DNA from: Squalus acanthias
Lineage: Eukaryota
Length of the DNA: 64,000 nt
Assembly: GCA_030390025.1 (NCBI GenBank)
Contig: CM059446.1
Coordinates: 46,686,001 to 46,750,000 of the forward strand
Reading direction: 5' to 3'
The notes under the pieces were generated by a model. That model had not been told where the DNA came from and made no database searches. It saw nothing but the letters and a program-made list of their open reading frames with translations. Positions within the stretch are counted from its first letter, which is position 1; each line of letters opens with the position of its first letter. This document shows positions 1-12,519 of the stretch, one piece after another. A program made the translations under genes and the position numbers.

Positions 1-285
1 AGGGGCCTAGATTTAGGATTAGTGCCAGAAATGTAACGCGAGGGTTAGAAGGATTTATTGTATGCAACGCATTAGAATATGGATTGCATTATCACAAGTG
101 GCTATTGAAGCCACTTCAATCAGGACATTTAAGAGGGAATTAGATAGACACTTGAAGGAAGAAACATATTAAAGGGCACAGGGAAATAGGATTGGAGGAG
201 ACAGATGCAATGTAGAGCGAGCATTAGCATAGGCCTGAGGGGCCAAATAGTCATCTCCTGTGCTGAAAATGTTACGATTCTAAGA
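1..285 (+). mobile_element. Old CR1 LINE 3' end
   Basis: Degenerate FKRELDRHL-coding segment and an attcta-type tail. Confidence 0.55.
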
Positions 286-547
286 TGGGGCACCTCTGAA
301 GACACAGCACCATGGCATCGTAAAGAGGTTACTCCCCCCATGTGATCTATTGTCTCAGCACATGCCCTCGTCTTGGCCACTCCAGCAGTGTGTGGAGACC
401 GCATACTGAAGAAGAACAGGCTCTTGCTTTGAATTCTCTGTAACCACATTGTGAGTCTGGGGAGCCCTTCTCAGTCATGTTGAAGTTGGAGCTTAGCATC
501 ATAATGTCAGTGGGGTGGAAATCTAACAAGGGAGCAGGCCTTGATTC

Positions 548-1140
548 AACAACAACAACAACTTGTATTTATATAGCACCTTTGACGCAGTAAAACGTCC
601 CAAGGCGCTTCACAGTAGTGTTCTAAAACAAAATTTGGCACCGTGCTACATAAGGAGATATTAGGACAGGTGACCAAAAGCTTGGTCAAAGAGGTAGGTT
701 TTAAGGAGCATCTTAAAGGAGGAAAGAGAGGTAGCGAGGTTTAGGCAGGGAATTCCAGAGCTTAGGGCCTAGGCAACAGAAAGCACGGCCACCAATGGTT
801 GAGTGATTATAATCAGGGATGCTCAAGAGGGCAGAATTAGAGGAGTGCAGATATCTCGGGGGGTTGTGGGGCTGAAGGAGATTACAGAGATAGGGAGGGG
901 CGAGGCCATGGAGGGTTTTGAAAACAAGGATGAGAATTTTGAAATCAAGGCGTTGCTTAACCGGGAGCCAATGTAGGTCAGCGAGCACAGGGGTGATGGG
1001 CGAACGGGACTTGATGCGAGTTAGGACACGGGCAGCCGAGTTTTGGATGACCTCAAGTTTACCTAGGGTAGAATGTGGGAGGCCAGCCAGGAGTGTATTG
1101 GAATAGTCAAATCATCGAGGTAACAAAGGCATGGATGAAT
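548..1140 (-). mobile_element. L2 LINE 3' fragment
   Basis: ORF 713-988 encodes LHWLPVKQRLDFKIL...GLAPPYL (L2 ORF2 C-terminus); (AAC)n tail at 548-562. Confidence 0.85.
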
Positions 1141-1416
1141 GCAAAAAAATCCAATACTTGTTTAGTTTATGGAAAGTATGAGTGTTCAAAACAACCTGGA
1201 GTTCTGCAGGAAAATAAAAAATGTTCCAACATTCAAAGATTGCATTCCGTTTTCTTTTGGGGAAAAAAAGTCGCCGCACCTACTCACCATCACATGTAGC
1301 GTTTCCCTCAACTGACTTTGGCGGTTGCCGGAAGGATCACAATTGAAAGCTAAAGATTTTTAAAAACATGGGGAAAGAATTGTGCAATAATGATACATGT
1401 GTGTATTGGACACAGT

Positions 1417-1652
1417 GGGGGCGATCTTGCCAGCCCTGGGGAGGCGGGTATGGAGGCGGGACTGCCGGGAATATGGCAGAATTTGGGGGCGGGTGCCCAA
1501 CCCGCCTCCATGCCATCTTGCCAGGAGGCGGGCTTAACAAGGTCAATCAAAGGAAAATAGCGTGGGTTGGCCAGAAGTTGATGGAGGCGGGGCTGAAACC
1601 CGACAAGTGGGAGTCCCGCCTCCAAAAGCTCCCCGTTGAGAAAATCACCCCC
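1417..1652. mobile_element. MITE with 12-bp imperfect TIRs and 3-bp TSD (PIF/Harbinger-like)
   Basis: GGGGGCGATCTT ... AAAATCACCCCC flanked by agt/agt; a related inverted copy lies at about 25085-25265. Confidence 0.7.
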
Positions 1653-1928
1653 AGTATTTTAAAACCGTAACAAAACATGGTAGGAGAAAAAAGCTATCAA
1701 GTTTGCTCCTTCCACCGACCGTTTTCTGACTCTACTGCCTCTCATATTCAGTTATGGTTTTCTTCTCCTTCTCTCGGCCCGGTGGCCAAGTTAGTCAGGT
1801 GGAAACCTGCTGAGGGAGAGGGCGAGGTGGCTTCACAGAGAAGGAGATGGCCGGGTTAGTTAGGAGGATTTTCCCCAACCAGGTCAAGCTCCCCAACACA
1901 AACCGATGATTTCACAAGTCAGCAGGAA

Positions 1929-2780
1929 TAGAAACATAGAAGATAGGAGCAGGAGTAGGCCATTCGGCCCCTCGAGCCTGCTCCGCCATTCAATGAGATC
2001 ATGGCTGATCATCCAAATTCAGTACCCTGTCCCTGCTTTCTCCCCATATCCCTTGATCCCTTTAGCCTTAAGAAATATATCTAACTCCTTCTTGAATATA
2101 TTTAATGAATTGGCCTCAACTGCCTTCTGTGGCAGAGAATTCCACAGGTTCACCACTCTCTGGGTGAAGAAATTCCTCCTCATCTCAGTCCCAAATGGCT
2201 TACCCCTTATTCTTAGACAGTGACCCCTGGTACTGGACTCCCCCACCATCGGGAACATCCTTCCTGCATCTAGTCTGTCTAGTCCTGTTAGAATTTTATA
2301 AGTTTCAATGAGATCCCCTCTCATTCTTCTAAACTCTAGCGAATACAAGCCCAATCGACCTAATCTCTCATCATACGTCATTCCTGCCATCCCAGGTATC
2401 AGTCTGGTGAATCTTCGCTACACTCCCTCCATGGCAAGAACATCCTTCCTCAGATAAGGCGACCAAAACTGCACACAATACTCAAGGTGTGGTCTCACCA
2501 AGGCCCTGTACAACTGCAGCAAGACATCCTTGCTCCTGTACTGGAATCCTCTCGCTATGAAGGCCAACATACCATTTGCCTTCTTAACCACCTGCTGCAC
2601 CTGCATGCTTACCTTCAGCGACTGGTGCACAAGGACTCCCAGATCTCGTTGTACTTCCCCTTTTCCCAATCTATTGCCGTTCAGATAATAATCTGTCTTC
2701 CTGTTTTTGCCACCAAAGTGGATAACCTCGCATTTATCCACATTATACTGCATCTGCCATGCATCTGCCCAATCACCCAA
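1929..2780 (-). mobile_element. CR1 LINE 3' fragment
   Basis: ORFs 2418-2798 and 2019-2390 encode the CR1 ORF2 C-terminus; closely similar to 32379-33230. Confidence 0.92.
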
Positions 2781-2873
2781 TATGACACAATATAACATAA
2801 AATGAGGGATGCACGGGAGTTACCAGTGTTGGTACAGATCTCTCCCTTTATAACATTTCACATTGCAATCTAT

Positions 2874-2979
2874 CAATGTTCCCTCTAATTTGTTTTCTTG
2901 CGCGGTCCCTTTAGCGGCCATGCATGCGGGGTAGCTCTTCCAGCTTGTGAGTGGCCTGCGCAGCTTAGGGGGAACCTTG
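2874..2979. mobile_element. hAT-type MITE
   Basis: TIRs caatgttccctctaa / ttagggggaaccttg; 8-bp TSD caatctat / cagtctat (1 mismatch). Confidence 0.7.
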
Positions 2980-3283
2980 CAGTCTATTCCGATTAGTTAA
3001 GTAATTTTTGCACAAAGAAATCAGATGATCCAATAATTTGAACAAAGCAACTTAATTATAACAGCACTTACTCTTTTTTATGCCCCAAATAATTGAAATT
3101 ATGGATAATTCCGATTCCGTGACTTTGAGTTAGCAGGAGTAGACTCTATGTGGCTATTCAGATTATTGTTTGCCTCCTTTAATTTATGCATGTACTGGAT
3201 GTGCTTAATAGTCATGAATGTCAATTAAATTCAGCTCAGTTCAATTTCTTGTCTTACTTATTCTTGTTCCTATTTACTTTCAG

Positions 3284-3375
3284 GGCTGCGATAAGAAAGC
3301 AATGGTTTGGGACATGCGGTCTGGCCAGTGTATCCAGTCCTTTGAGACCCATGAGTCTGATATAAATAGTGTGCG
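3284..3375 (+). CDS. GNB5: G protein subunit beta-5, internal coding exon ([31 protein letters not shown])
   Basis: Polypyrimidine tract with cag acceptor (3281-3283) and gttagt donor at 3376; 92 nt. The WD40 peptide is nearly identical to vertebrate Gbeta5. Upstream exons lie outside the window. Confidence 0.96.
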
Positions 3376-3683
3376 GTTAGTAGATTCAATGATTTATTCT
3401 GTAAAAGTCTTCTTTCAGGCCTGAAACGGCATCAGATGATTTTGAAGTAACTTTCTCAAATGTTTTAACAAACTGCGTCACTCTTAACTACCATAAGTGC
3501 ACCACGTTCAGACCTGAGAAAACCTCGGTGTGTCATGTAAGCAGTAATTATTGTGCACTGCTTATAGTTATACTTTTAACATTGAAGCTATAGTTGCATA
3601 GCTATAATACACAAAATTCTGGGTTACAGTATTAACGCTGGTCTGTCGCAAAGATGATACTAAAATACCCTCTCTCACAACAG

Positions 3684-3732
3684 GTATTTCCCCAGTGGTG
3701 ATGCTTTTGCCTCTGGTTCAGATGATGCCACA
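3684..3732 (+). CDS. GNB5: GNB5 internal coding exon (R-YFPSGDAFASGSDDAT)
   Basis: cag acceptor 3681-3683, gtaagt donor 3733; 49 nt. Phase completes the previous exon (92+49=141 nt). Confidence 0.96.
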
Positions 3733-4092
3733 GTAAGTCCAATTTAATCACAGGCTGTATATTGTTTCCTTTGTATGTTATACAGAAGGGGTGTGTTTTT
3801 TCAGAAAAGGTCCTGACAAACATGATATGATCAGTAAGCTGACGGTGTTGTTGTTTTCTGTGATTGCTTCCGATAGGTTTCTTTTAGATACAGTATAACG
3901 CTTGTGTTGTGCTTTTTTTTTGCCTCCATTGAACGTTGAATGATAACAAGTGGGTAGTTCTAACTTTCTGTTCTCAGGCAGTCTTCCATTTCAGTGAATT
4001 GAAAGACATCTTTTTGAGGCAGCTGTTTTGTTAAAAAAAAAATCAAGAGGAGTTTTGTGGTTCCATGGGTAAAACTATTATTCCCATACACG

Positions 4093-4510
4093 GTGTCAGC
4101 CTTGGCTCAGTGGTAGCACTCTCTCGCCTCTGAGTCAGAAGGTTATGGGCTCAAGTCCCACTCCAGAGGACAAAATCCAGACGGACACTTCCAGTGCAGT
4201 ACTGAGGGAGCGCTGCACTGTCGGAGGTGCCATCTTTCGGATGAGACGTTAAACCGAGGCCCCGTCTGCCCTCTCGTGGATGTAAAAGATCCCACGGCGC
4301 TATTTCAAAGAAGAGCAGGGAGGTTCTCCCGGTGACCTGGCCAACATTTATAGCTCAATCAACATCACTATCATTGCTGTTTGTGGGACCTTGCTGTGCA
4401 TAGATTGGCTGCCGCGTTTTCTGCATTACAACAGTAACTGCACCTCAAAGTGTTTTGGGACGTCGTGAGGTCGTTAAAAAGGTGCTTATATAAAAGCTAG
4501 TCTATCTTTT
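4093..4510 (+). mobile_element. tRNA-derived SINE (SacSINE1/DeuSINE-like) with L2-like tail
   Basis: A-box tggctcagtgg and B-box-like head; tail resembles the gcgctatataaatgcaagt end of L2. Family name from recall. Confidence 0.75.
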
Positions 4511-5325
4511 TACCTACAGAGTTGCCTTGAAAGCTTCCATCTGACTAAGCTACCCATCTTATCTTGTAAGATGGGGTGGCTCACTTGGCTGCATAGGAAG
4601 CTTGAACATTTGGGTTTGAATCAGGCAGAGTTCGCTTAGCCTATCATCCTTCTCGGATAGAAAATATGATAAAATAGGAACTGCTGCTTGCCATGTTGCG
4701 GAATCGTTTCAACTATGGAATTGGAGATCAGCAATACCCCCAATAAGCATATCACTCCTAATGGAGACCTGCCTCAGTGAGTAATCACTCTCACTCTCCA
4801 ATCCTGACTGAGGTTGACTAACATGTTGTATTATTTAATCTAACGACTCACTGGCAAGGACCTACCATGTTCTGAAATCTTCAGAGATGGGAGCATTTCT
4901 CTCATACCTTTCCAGGAGCATCAGACTCCAGGCTAAGTATCAGGGTAGCTTCAACAAGTGACGGTCACAGGTGCTGCAGAAATAGAAATTACCAATGATG
5001 AAAGGACTGATTCATCAAAGTTGAACAATGATGCTGTGCTTTTAATCCTTTAGCTGGGATTTTACAGACCTGTGTGGGTTTATTTTAACATTGAATGTAG
5101 GTTGAGAAGTTCCCTATTATTTCATGGGTTAGTCCCCAGTAGGAAATCAAAAACCACAGAATTCATTGTTTCAAGCCTTTAATTTGCTTGACAAAAACAT
5201 TAAAACGTACATAATCTTTTTATATGTTTGCTGTCATTTTGATGGTTCTGACTGGATCCATCCAGGATAGGAATATGCAGCGTACAAACAAGGAAAATGG
5301 AGTAGAGAAAGAATAAAAACACAAT

Positions 5326-6321
5326 GGCCCAGATATTCCGATCGCAGACCTCCCGCGGGCGGAGGGCTGCGATCTGGAAAAATCTGCGCCAAGACCGGAG
5401 GGCTCCCGGGAGGTGCAGAGTTCCGCTGCTGGGCCTCTTCAAATTGCCGGTGCACAGGGTCCACGTATCCCAGAGGCGCAGGTAGTTCGCAGCGTCCCTG
5501 GGATCACGTAGGCCATGGGGAGCCAATCAGAGAAGGGAATCTCCCTTCATACATTTGACAGGAAGAGCTGTCAAATATATGAAATAACAACAGAAAACGC
5601 TGGAAAAACTCAGCAGGCCAGGCAGCATCCGTGGAGAGAGAAAGAGAGTTAACGTTTCAGGTCGATGACCTTTCAATCAGAAAGGTCATCGACCTGAAAC
5701 GTTAACTCTCTTTCTCTCTCCACGGATGCTGCCTGGCCTGCTGAGTTTTTCCAGCGTTTTCTGTTGTTATTTCGGATTTCCAGCATCCGCAGTATTTTGC
5801 TATCGTCAAATATATGAATTGAGATCACCCCCAAAACATAGTAAAACTTTAAATAAAATTTTTTTTTAAATCACATTTTTAAAATGACTTTAAATTACAA
5901 TAAATTAAGTATTTTAAACAAAAATGTTATTTTTTGAAAAAAAAAATTAAAGTTTTTAATGGGGCTAAAAATAAACTTACCTTTCTTTAAAGTATTTTTA
6001 AATGATAAATCAGTGGAAATCTTTTATTTTTTTTACTTTTTTCAACTCTTATCCTGGTAAAAACAGGCCGTACGCCTGCTTTTACCAGGCACAAGAATTG
6101 TAAGGGTTTTCTGCGGGCGGAGGGTCTCCAAAAAGCGGAACTCTCCGCCCGCAGAGGCCCTTCTCCCGGGCAGGCGGAGGATCTGTCAAGAGCTTTCTTG
6201 ATAGATCGGAAATGCCGGTTTCCAGCGCATGCACAGTGCATGCCTGAAACCGGCATTTCCGATGTCCCTACGGGTGAGTACACAGCGCGTGCACACCCGT
6301 AGGGATCGGAATTTCTGCACC
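5326..6321. mobile_element. Non-autonomous DNA transposon (Harbinger-like), host of the Penelope hairpin
   Basis: TIRs ggcccagatattccgatc / gatcggaatttctgcacc; internal homology to 29217-29972 (inverted). Confidence 0.7.
5584..5804. mobile_element. Penelope-derived fold-back element (perfect 94-bp inverted repeat)
   Basis: 14-bp TSD gtcaaatatatgaa (5570-5583 / 5805-5818). Arms 5581-5674 and 5680-5773 are exact reverse complements. Contains the hammerhead stem II/GAAAC motif. Confidence 0.8.
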
Positions 6322-7009
6322 ATTAGAAAAGAATAATCTATACTCTCCAATGTCATATCCTGACATTCGAGATTACAGGATACTACCTGTGCGTAACTGC
6401 AATTATTCTATAATCTAAACCTTCAGATTTTGTTAACCTTTTGTTAGCCTTTCTCTCTAGAGCTGGAATCCATCAGCGCCCAGTCTTGGAAACATTTGGG
6501 GAAAGATAGCCAATGTTTTTTTTCCAGACCTAATCAAAGACTCGGTAGCTCTGAGGATTATGTGTTCCATCAATGATTGATATAAACAAAGATATCCACT
6601 CCATGTCTGTGAATAGTTGCCAACAACAACAGCTGGCATTTATAGAAAGCCTTTAGCGTAACGTTGCAAGGCATTTCATATGGAGGGGGGTGGGGGGAGA
6701 GAAAAGAAAAGATGAGAGGAATAAGGAACAGGTGCTGAGCCAAGGTGGGAGGGTTTCAGAGGTGGCTGAATGCTTAGTCGAAAAGACGGGTTTTTTGAGA
6801 GTTTTTAAAGAGGAAGAGAGAAATGGCAAAGAGTGGGGCAATGGCAGCTGAAGTTTTTGCTACCAATGTCGGGGCTAACCAATGGGGGAATTCGCAAAAG
6901 GCCAGAGTTAGAAACATAGAAGCAGGAGTAGGCCATTCGAGCCTGCTCCACCATTCAATACGATCATGGCTGATCATCCAAATCCAGTACCCTGTCCCTG
7001 CTTTCTCAC

Positions 7010-7333
7010 ACAGAATCCCCATCGAGCCTGCACCGACACATATCCCACCCTATCCCCGTAACCCCACGTATTTAATTCCCCCTAACATATCCCATCCTAT
7101 CCCCGTAACCCCACATATTTAATCCCCCCCTAACACTAAGGGTCAATTTATCATAGCCAAATCAACCTAACCCGCACATTTTTGGACTGTGGGAGGAAAC
7201 CGGAGCACCCGGAGGAAACCCACGCAGACACGGGGAGAATGTGCAAACTCCACACAAACAGTCACCCGAGGCCAGATTCGAACCCGGGTCCCTGGCGCTG
7301 TGAGGCACCAGTGCTAACCACTATGCCACCGTG
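7010..7333 (-). mobile_element. V-SINE (HE1-like elasmobranch SINE)
   Basis: tRNA-like head plus the V-domain gtgtggagtttgcacattctccccgtgtctgcgtgggtttcctccgggtgctccggtttcctcccaca on the minus strand. Confidence 0.8.
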
Positions 7334-7517
7334 TTGGAGGATTGAAGGGCACAGAAACCAATGTAAGTCTGAAGGTGTATGTAAAGTTAGGATGGGGCGA
7401 GACTGCATGGGAATTTGAAGGTGAGGATGTGATTTTTAAATTCAGTGCATTGGGGGACAGTGATGCAGCATAGAGCTACTAGAATGGGGGCGATACTCAG
7501 TTGCAGCAGAAAGACTA

Positions 7518-7971
7518 GAAAAAGAAAGACTTGCATTTCTAAAGCACCTTTCAAGATCACCGGATGTCCCAAAGCGCTTTACAACCAATTAAGTACTTTT
7601 TTTGAAGTGTAGTCACTATTGTAATGCAGGAAACACGGCAGCCAATTTGCACACAGCAAGCTCCCACAAACAGCAATGTGGTAATGACCAGATAATCTGT
7701 TTTAGTGACGTTGGTTGAGGGATAAATACTGGCCCAGGACACTGGGGATAACTCCCCTGCTCTTCTTCCAAATAGTGCCATGAGATGAGAGAGCAAATGG
7801 GGCCTCGGTTTAACGTCTCATCCAAAAGACGGCACCTCCGACAGTGCAGCACTCCTTCAGTACTGCACTGCAGCGTCAGCCTAGATTTTGTGCTCAGGTC
7901 TCTGGAGTGGGATTTGAACCTCACAACTTCTGACTCAGGCGAGAATGTTACCACTGAGCCACAGCTGACAT
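7518..7971 (-). mobile_element. tRNA-derived SINE, same family as 4093-4510
   Basis: Full-length reverse-complement similarity. Confidence 0.75.
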
Positions 7972-8062
7972 TTTAAAGTAACCCCTTCTGCCTTGACCAA
8001 TTTGAAACCTTGTCAGAATTCCTATAGTTCTCAAAGGTATACCTGAAATTCTAATAATTTGA

Positions 8063-8212
<150 letters not shown>

Positions 8213-8289
8213 TAACTTGCCAATTCTAGGGAATTGGAATTACATTCTATATACTGAAAAGAAGATGACATGAATCTAAACTCCTTCTT

Positions 8290-11200
8290 GGAATGTATAC
8301 AAGATAGTTTTCTAGATCAGTATGTCGAGGAACCAACTAGGGAACAGGCTATTTTAGATCTAGTATTGTGCAATGAGAAAGGGTTAATTAATAACCTTGC
8401 AGTAAAGGGGCCTTTAGGGAAGAGTGACCATAATATGATAGAATTTTATATTGAGTTTGAAAGTGATTTTGTTAAATCCGAAACTAAGGTCTTAAATCTA
8501 AACAAAGCAAACTACGTAGGTATGAGGGGCGAGTTGGCTAAGGTAGATTGGGAAACTATATTAAAAGGTATGACAGTAGACAAGCAATGGCTAGCATTTA
8601 AAGAATTAATACATAATTTACAACAAATATACATTCCTTTAAGGCACAAAAACCCCACAGGAAAAGTGGTCCAACCGTGGCTAACAAGAGAAGTTAAAGA
8701 TAGTATTGGATCAAAGGAAGAGGCTTATAATCTTGCATTCAGCAAAGGAGGACCAAGAAATTGATAAGGAAAGAGAAAAAAGAATATGAGAGTAAATTAG
8801 CAGGAGACATAAAAACAAATTGTAAACGTTTCTATAGGTATGTAAATAGGAAGAGATTAGTGAAAGGAAACGTGAGCCCATTAGAGGCAGAGACAGAAGA
8901 AATTATAATGGGCAATAAGGAAATGGCAGAGATGCTAAACAAATACTTTGCATCTGTCTTCACAGTAGAAGACACGAAAAACATTCCGGAAATAATGGAG
9001 AACCAAGGGTCTAGAGAGAATGAGAAACTTAAAGAAATCTGTATAAGTAAAGACATAGTACTGGAGAAATTAATGGGACTAAGTGGCAACAAATCCCCTG
9101 GACCTGAGGACCTGCATCCCAGGGTTTTAAAACAGGTCATAGCGTTATAATGGCACAGAAGGAGGCCATTCGGCCCATCGAGTCTGTGCCTGCTCACTGT
9201 AGAGCAATCCAGTCAGTCCCATTCCCCCACTCTATTCCCGTAGCCCTGCAAATTTATTTCCCTCAAGTGCCTATCCAGTCTCCCCTTGAAAACATTGAGT
9301 GTCTCCGCTTCCACCACTTCCATCGACAGGGAGTTCCAGGTCCTCACCACTCGCTGTGTAAAAAAGATTTTCCTCACATTCCTCTGTATCTCTTGCCCAA
9401 AACCTTAAATCTGTGTCCCCTAGTCCTTGTACCATCAACTAGTGGGAACAGCCTTTCTCCGTCTAGCCTATCCAAACCCGTCATAATCTTGTACACCTCT
9501 ATCAAATCACCCCTCAACCTCCTTTGCTCTAATGAAAACAAATCCAGCTTCTCCAACCTGTCCTTGTAGCTAAGATCCACCATCCCCGGAACCATTCTGG
9601 TAAATCTCCTCTGCACCCTCTCAAGTGCCTTCACATCCTTCCTAAAGTGTGGTGACCAGAACTAGACGCAATACTCCAGTTGTGGTCTAACCAGCGCTTT
9701 ATAAAGGTTCAGCATAACTTCTCTACTTTTGTACTCAGTACCTCTATTTATGAAGCCCAAGATCCCATATACTTTGCTAACCACTCTCTCAATATGTCCC
9801 GCAGGGACCTATGCACATTAACTCCCAGGTCCCTCTGTCCCTGCACAATCTTTAAAACTGTGCCATTAAGTGTATATTGCCTCTCCCTGTTCCTTCTGCC
9901 AAAATGCATCACCTCACACTTCTCTGTATTAAATTCCATCTGCCACTTGTCTGCCCATTCTGCTAGCCTTTCTATGTCCTGTTGCAGTTGATTGGTATCA
10001 TCCTCACTGTTTGCCAACCCACCAAGTTTGGTGTCATCGGCAAATTTAGAAATTCTACTCTGTATTCCACTATCCAGGTCATTTATATACATCAAAAAAA
10101 GCAGTGACCCCAGCACTGACCCCTGGAGAACACCACTGTCTACCATCCTCCAGTCATTTACCACAACTCGCTGTTTTCTGTCCTTAAGCCAATTCCTTAT
10201 CCAAGCTGCCACTGACCCACCTATACCATGAGCCTCAATTTTGTTAACCAGCCTTCCATGTGGTACTTTGTCAAACACCTTCCGAAAATTCATGTAGACA
10301 ACATCCATTGCATTCCCTTCATCAATCCTCCCTGTTACTTCATCAAAAAATTCAATTAGATTAGTCAAACACAATCTGCCTTTTACAAATCAGTGTTGGC
10401 TCTCCTTAATTAGCTTAAACCTCTCCAAGTGCCCATTAACTTTTTCCTTGATTATTGTTTCTAAAACTTTACCCACCACTGATGTTAAACTGACTGGCCT
10501 GTAGTTACTAGGATTGTCCTTACAAGTAGCTGCAGAGATAGTGGATGCACTGGTATTAATCTTCCAGAATTCCCTAGATTCTAGAACAGTCCCCAAGGAT
10601 TGGAAGGTAGCAAATATAACTCCACTATTTAAGAAAGGAGGAAGAGAAAAAACGGGGAACTATAGGCCAGTTAGCCTGACATCAGTAGTAGGCAAAATGC
10701 TAGAATCTATTATTAGGGACCTGGTAACAGGGCACTTAGAAAATCATAATATGATTAGGCAGAGTCAACATGGTTTTATGAAAGGGAAATCGTGTTTGAC
10801 AAATCTGTTAGAGTTTTTTGAAGATGTAATTAGTAGGATGGATAAGGGGGAACCAGTGGGTGTAGTGTATTTGGATTTTCAAAAAGCATTCGATATGGTG
10901 CCACACACGAGCTGATTACATAGAAATTAAGACTCATGGGATTGGGGGTAATATATTAGCATGGATTGAGGATTGGTGAATGGACAGAAAACAGAGAGTA
11001 GGAATAAACAGGACTTTTTCAGATTGGCAGGCTGTAACTAGCAGGGTACCGCAAGGATCAGTGCTTGGGCCTCAGCTATTTACAATCTATATTAATGACT
11101 TAGATGAAGGGACTGAGTGTAATGTATCCAAGTTTGCTGATGTTACAAAGTTAGGTGGGAAAGTAAGCTGTGAGGAGGACGCAAAGAGGCTGCAGAGAGA

Positions 11201-12055
11201 TATAGACAGGATGACGGAGTGGGCAAGGTCATGGCAAATGGAATATATTGTGGGGACATGTGAAGTTATCCACTTTGGTAGGAAAAACAAAAAAGCTGAA
11301 TATTTTTTGAATGGTGAGAGACTGGGAAATGTATGCACTCAGAGGGACCTGGGTGTCCTTGTACATGAATCACAGAAAGTTATCATGCAGGTACAGCAAG
11401 CAATTAGGAAAGCAAATGTTAGCTTTTGTTACAAAGGGATTAGAGTATAAAAGTAAAGAGTCTTACTACAATTATACAGGGCATTGATGAGGCCACACCT
11501 GGAGTACTGTGTACAGTTCTGGTCTCCTTACCTAAGGAAAGACATACTTGCCTTAGAGGGAGTGCAGCGAAGGTTCACTAGACTGGTTCCTGGGAAGAGG
11601 GGATTGCCCTACGAGAAGAGATTGAGTAGACTTGGCCTATGTTCCCTAGAGTTTAGAAGAATGAGAGGTGATCTAATTGAAACATATAAAATTCTTAAGG
11701 GGCTTGACAGGGTTAATGCTGAGAAAATGTTTCCCTGGCTGGGGAATCTAGAACACGGGGTCATAGTCACAGAATAAGGGGTAGGTTATTTAAGACTGAG
11801 ATGAGGAGAAACTTCTTCACTCAAAGGGTTGTGAATCTTTGGAATTCTCTACCCCAGAGGGCTTTGGAGGCTCAGTCGTTGAGTATATTCAAGACAGAGG
11901 TCGATAAATATTTGGGAACGAAGGGAATTAAGGGATATGGGGATAGTGCGGGAAGGTGGAGCTGAGGTAGAAGATCAGCCATGATCTTATTGAATGGCGG
12001 AGCAGGCTCGAGGGGCCAAATGGCCTACTCCTGCTCCTATTTCTTATGTTCTTGT
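8290..12055 (+). mobile_element. CR1 LINE (ORF2, decayed) split by an inverted CR1 insertion
   Basis: ORFs 8270-9150 and 10514-11777 give endonuclease-distal, RT and C-terminal peptides; LHPRVLK|...|VAAEIVD is continuous across the insert. Confidence 0.92.
9139..10521 (-). mobile_element. CR1 LINE 3' fragment nested in opposite orientation
   Basis: Minus ORFs 10390-10596, 9748-10374 (KFADDTK) and 9374-9634. Confidence 0.9.
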
Positions 12056-12519
12056 ATTCCAATCCTTTGTGCTGTACAAACACTTTTTATCTAGTTGAAT
12101 ACCAGGAAAGATATGTGGTTAATGGCAGTGATCAGTACTTCCGATGCCATTTGGCAGCAGAAACTCAGTCATCAAATGGTCTTAAGTTGCTCTTAGATAC
12201 CTGACCTGTGAATCTAATACCAGTACAGAACTTCCAGTTTCAGAGTCAAGAATGAAATACATAATGAGTGACTGGTAGGAATGTGAAGAAAGAAAATCAT
12301 GTAAATAACATTCCAAGCTATTGGTGCCAGATATTCTGTACATAGTTTCCAAGGTTTTTGAAGAATGAGTTAATGCTGTTAATCATTACTTGCTGAGGGA
12401 ATTTAGCAGGATAGCCTTTTAAAGTTAACAGCTTGTTTAGAATTTTTTCTTATCTAAGATGGTTGTTCAATAACAGATATATTAAAACCAAATTGGTAAG
12501 TGTTTAACTGCAAATGTTA

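Noticed and set aside
4093-4170. tRNA gene
   Set aside because: The tRNA-like A/B boxes are the head of a SINE whose body continues; the same applies at about 7260-7333, 7900-7971 and 30470-30540.
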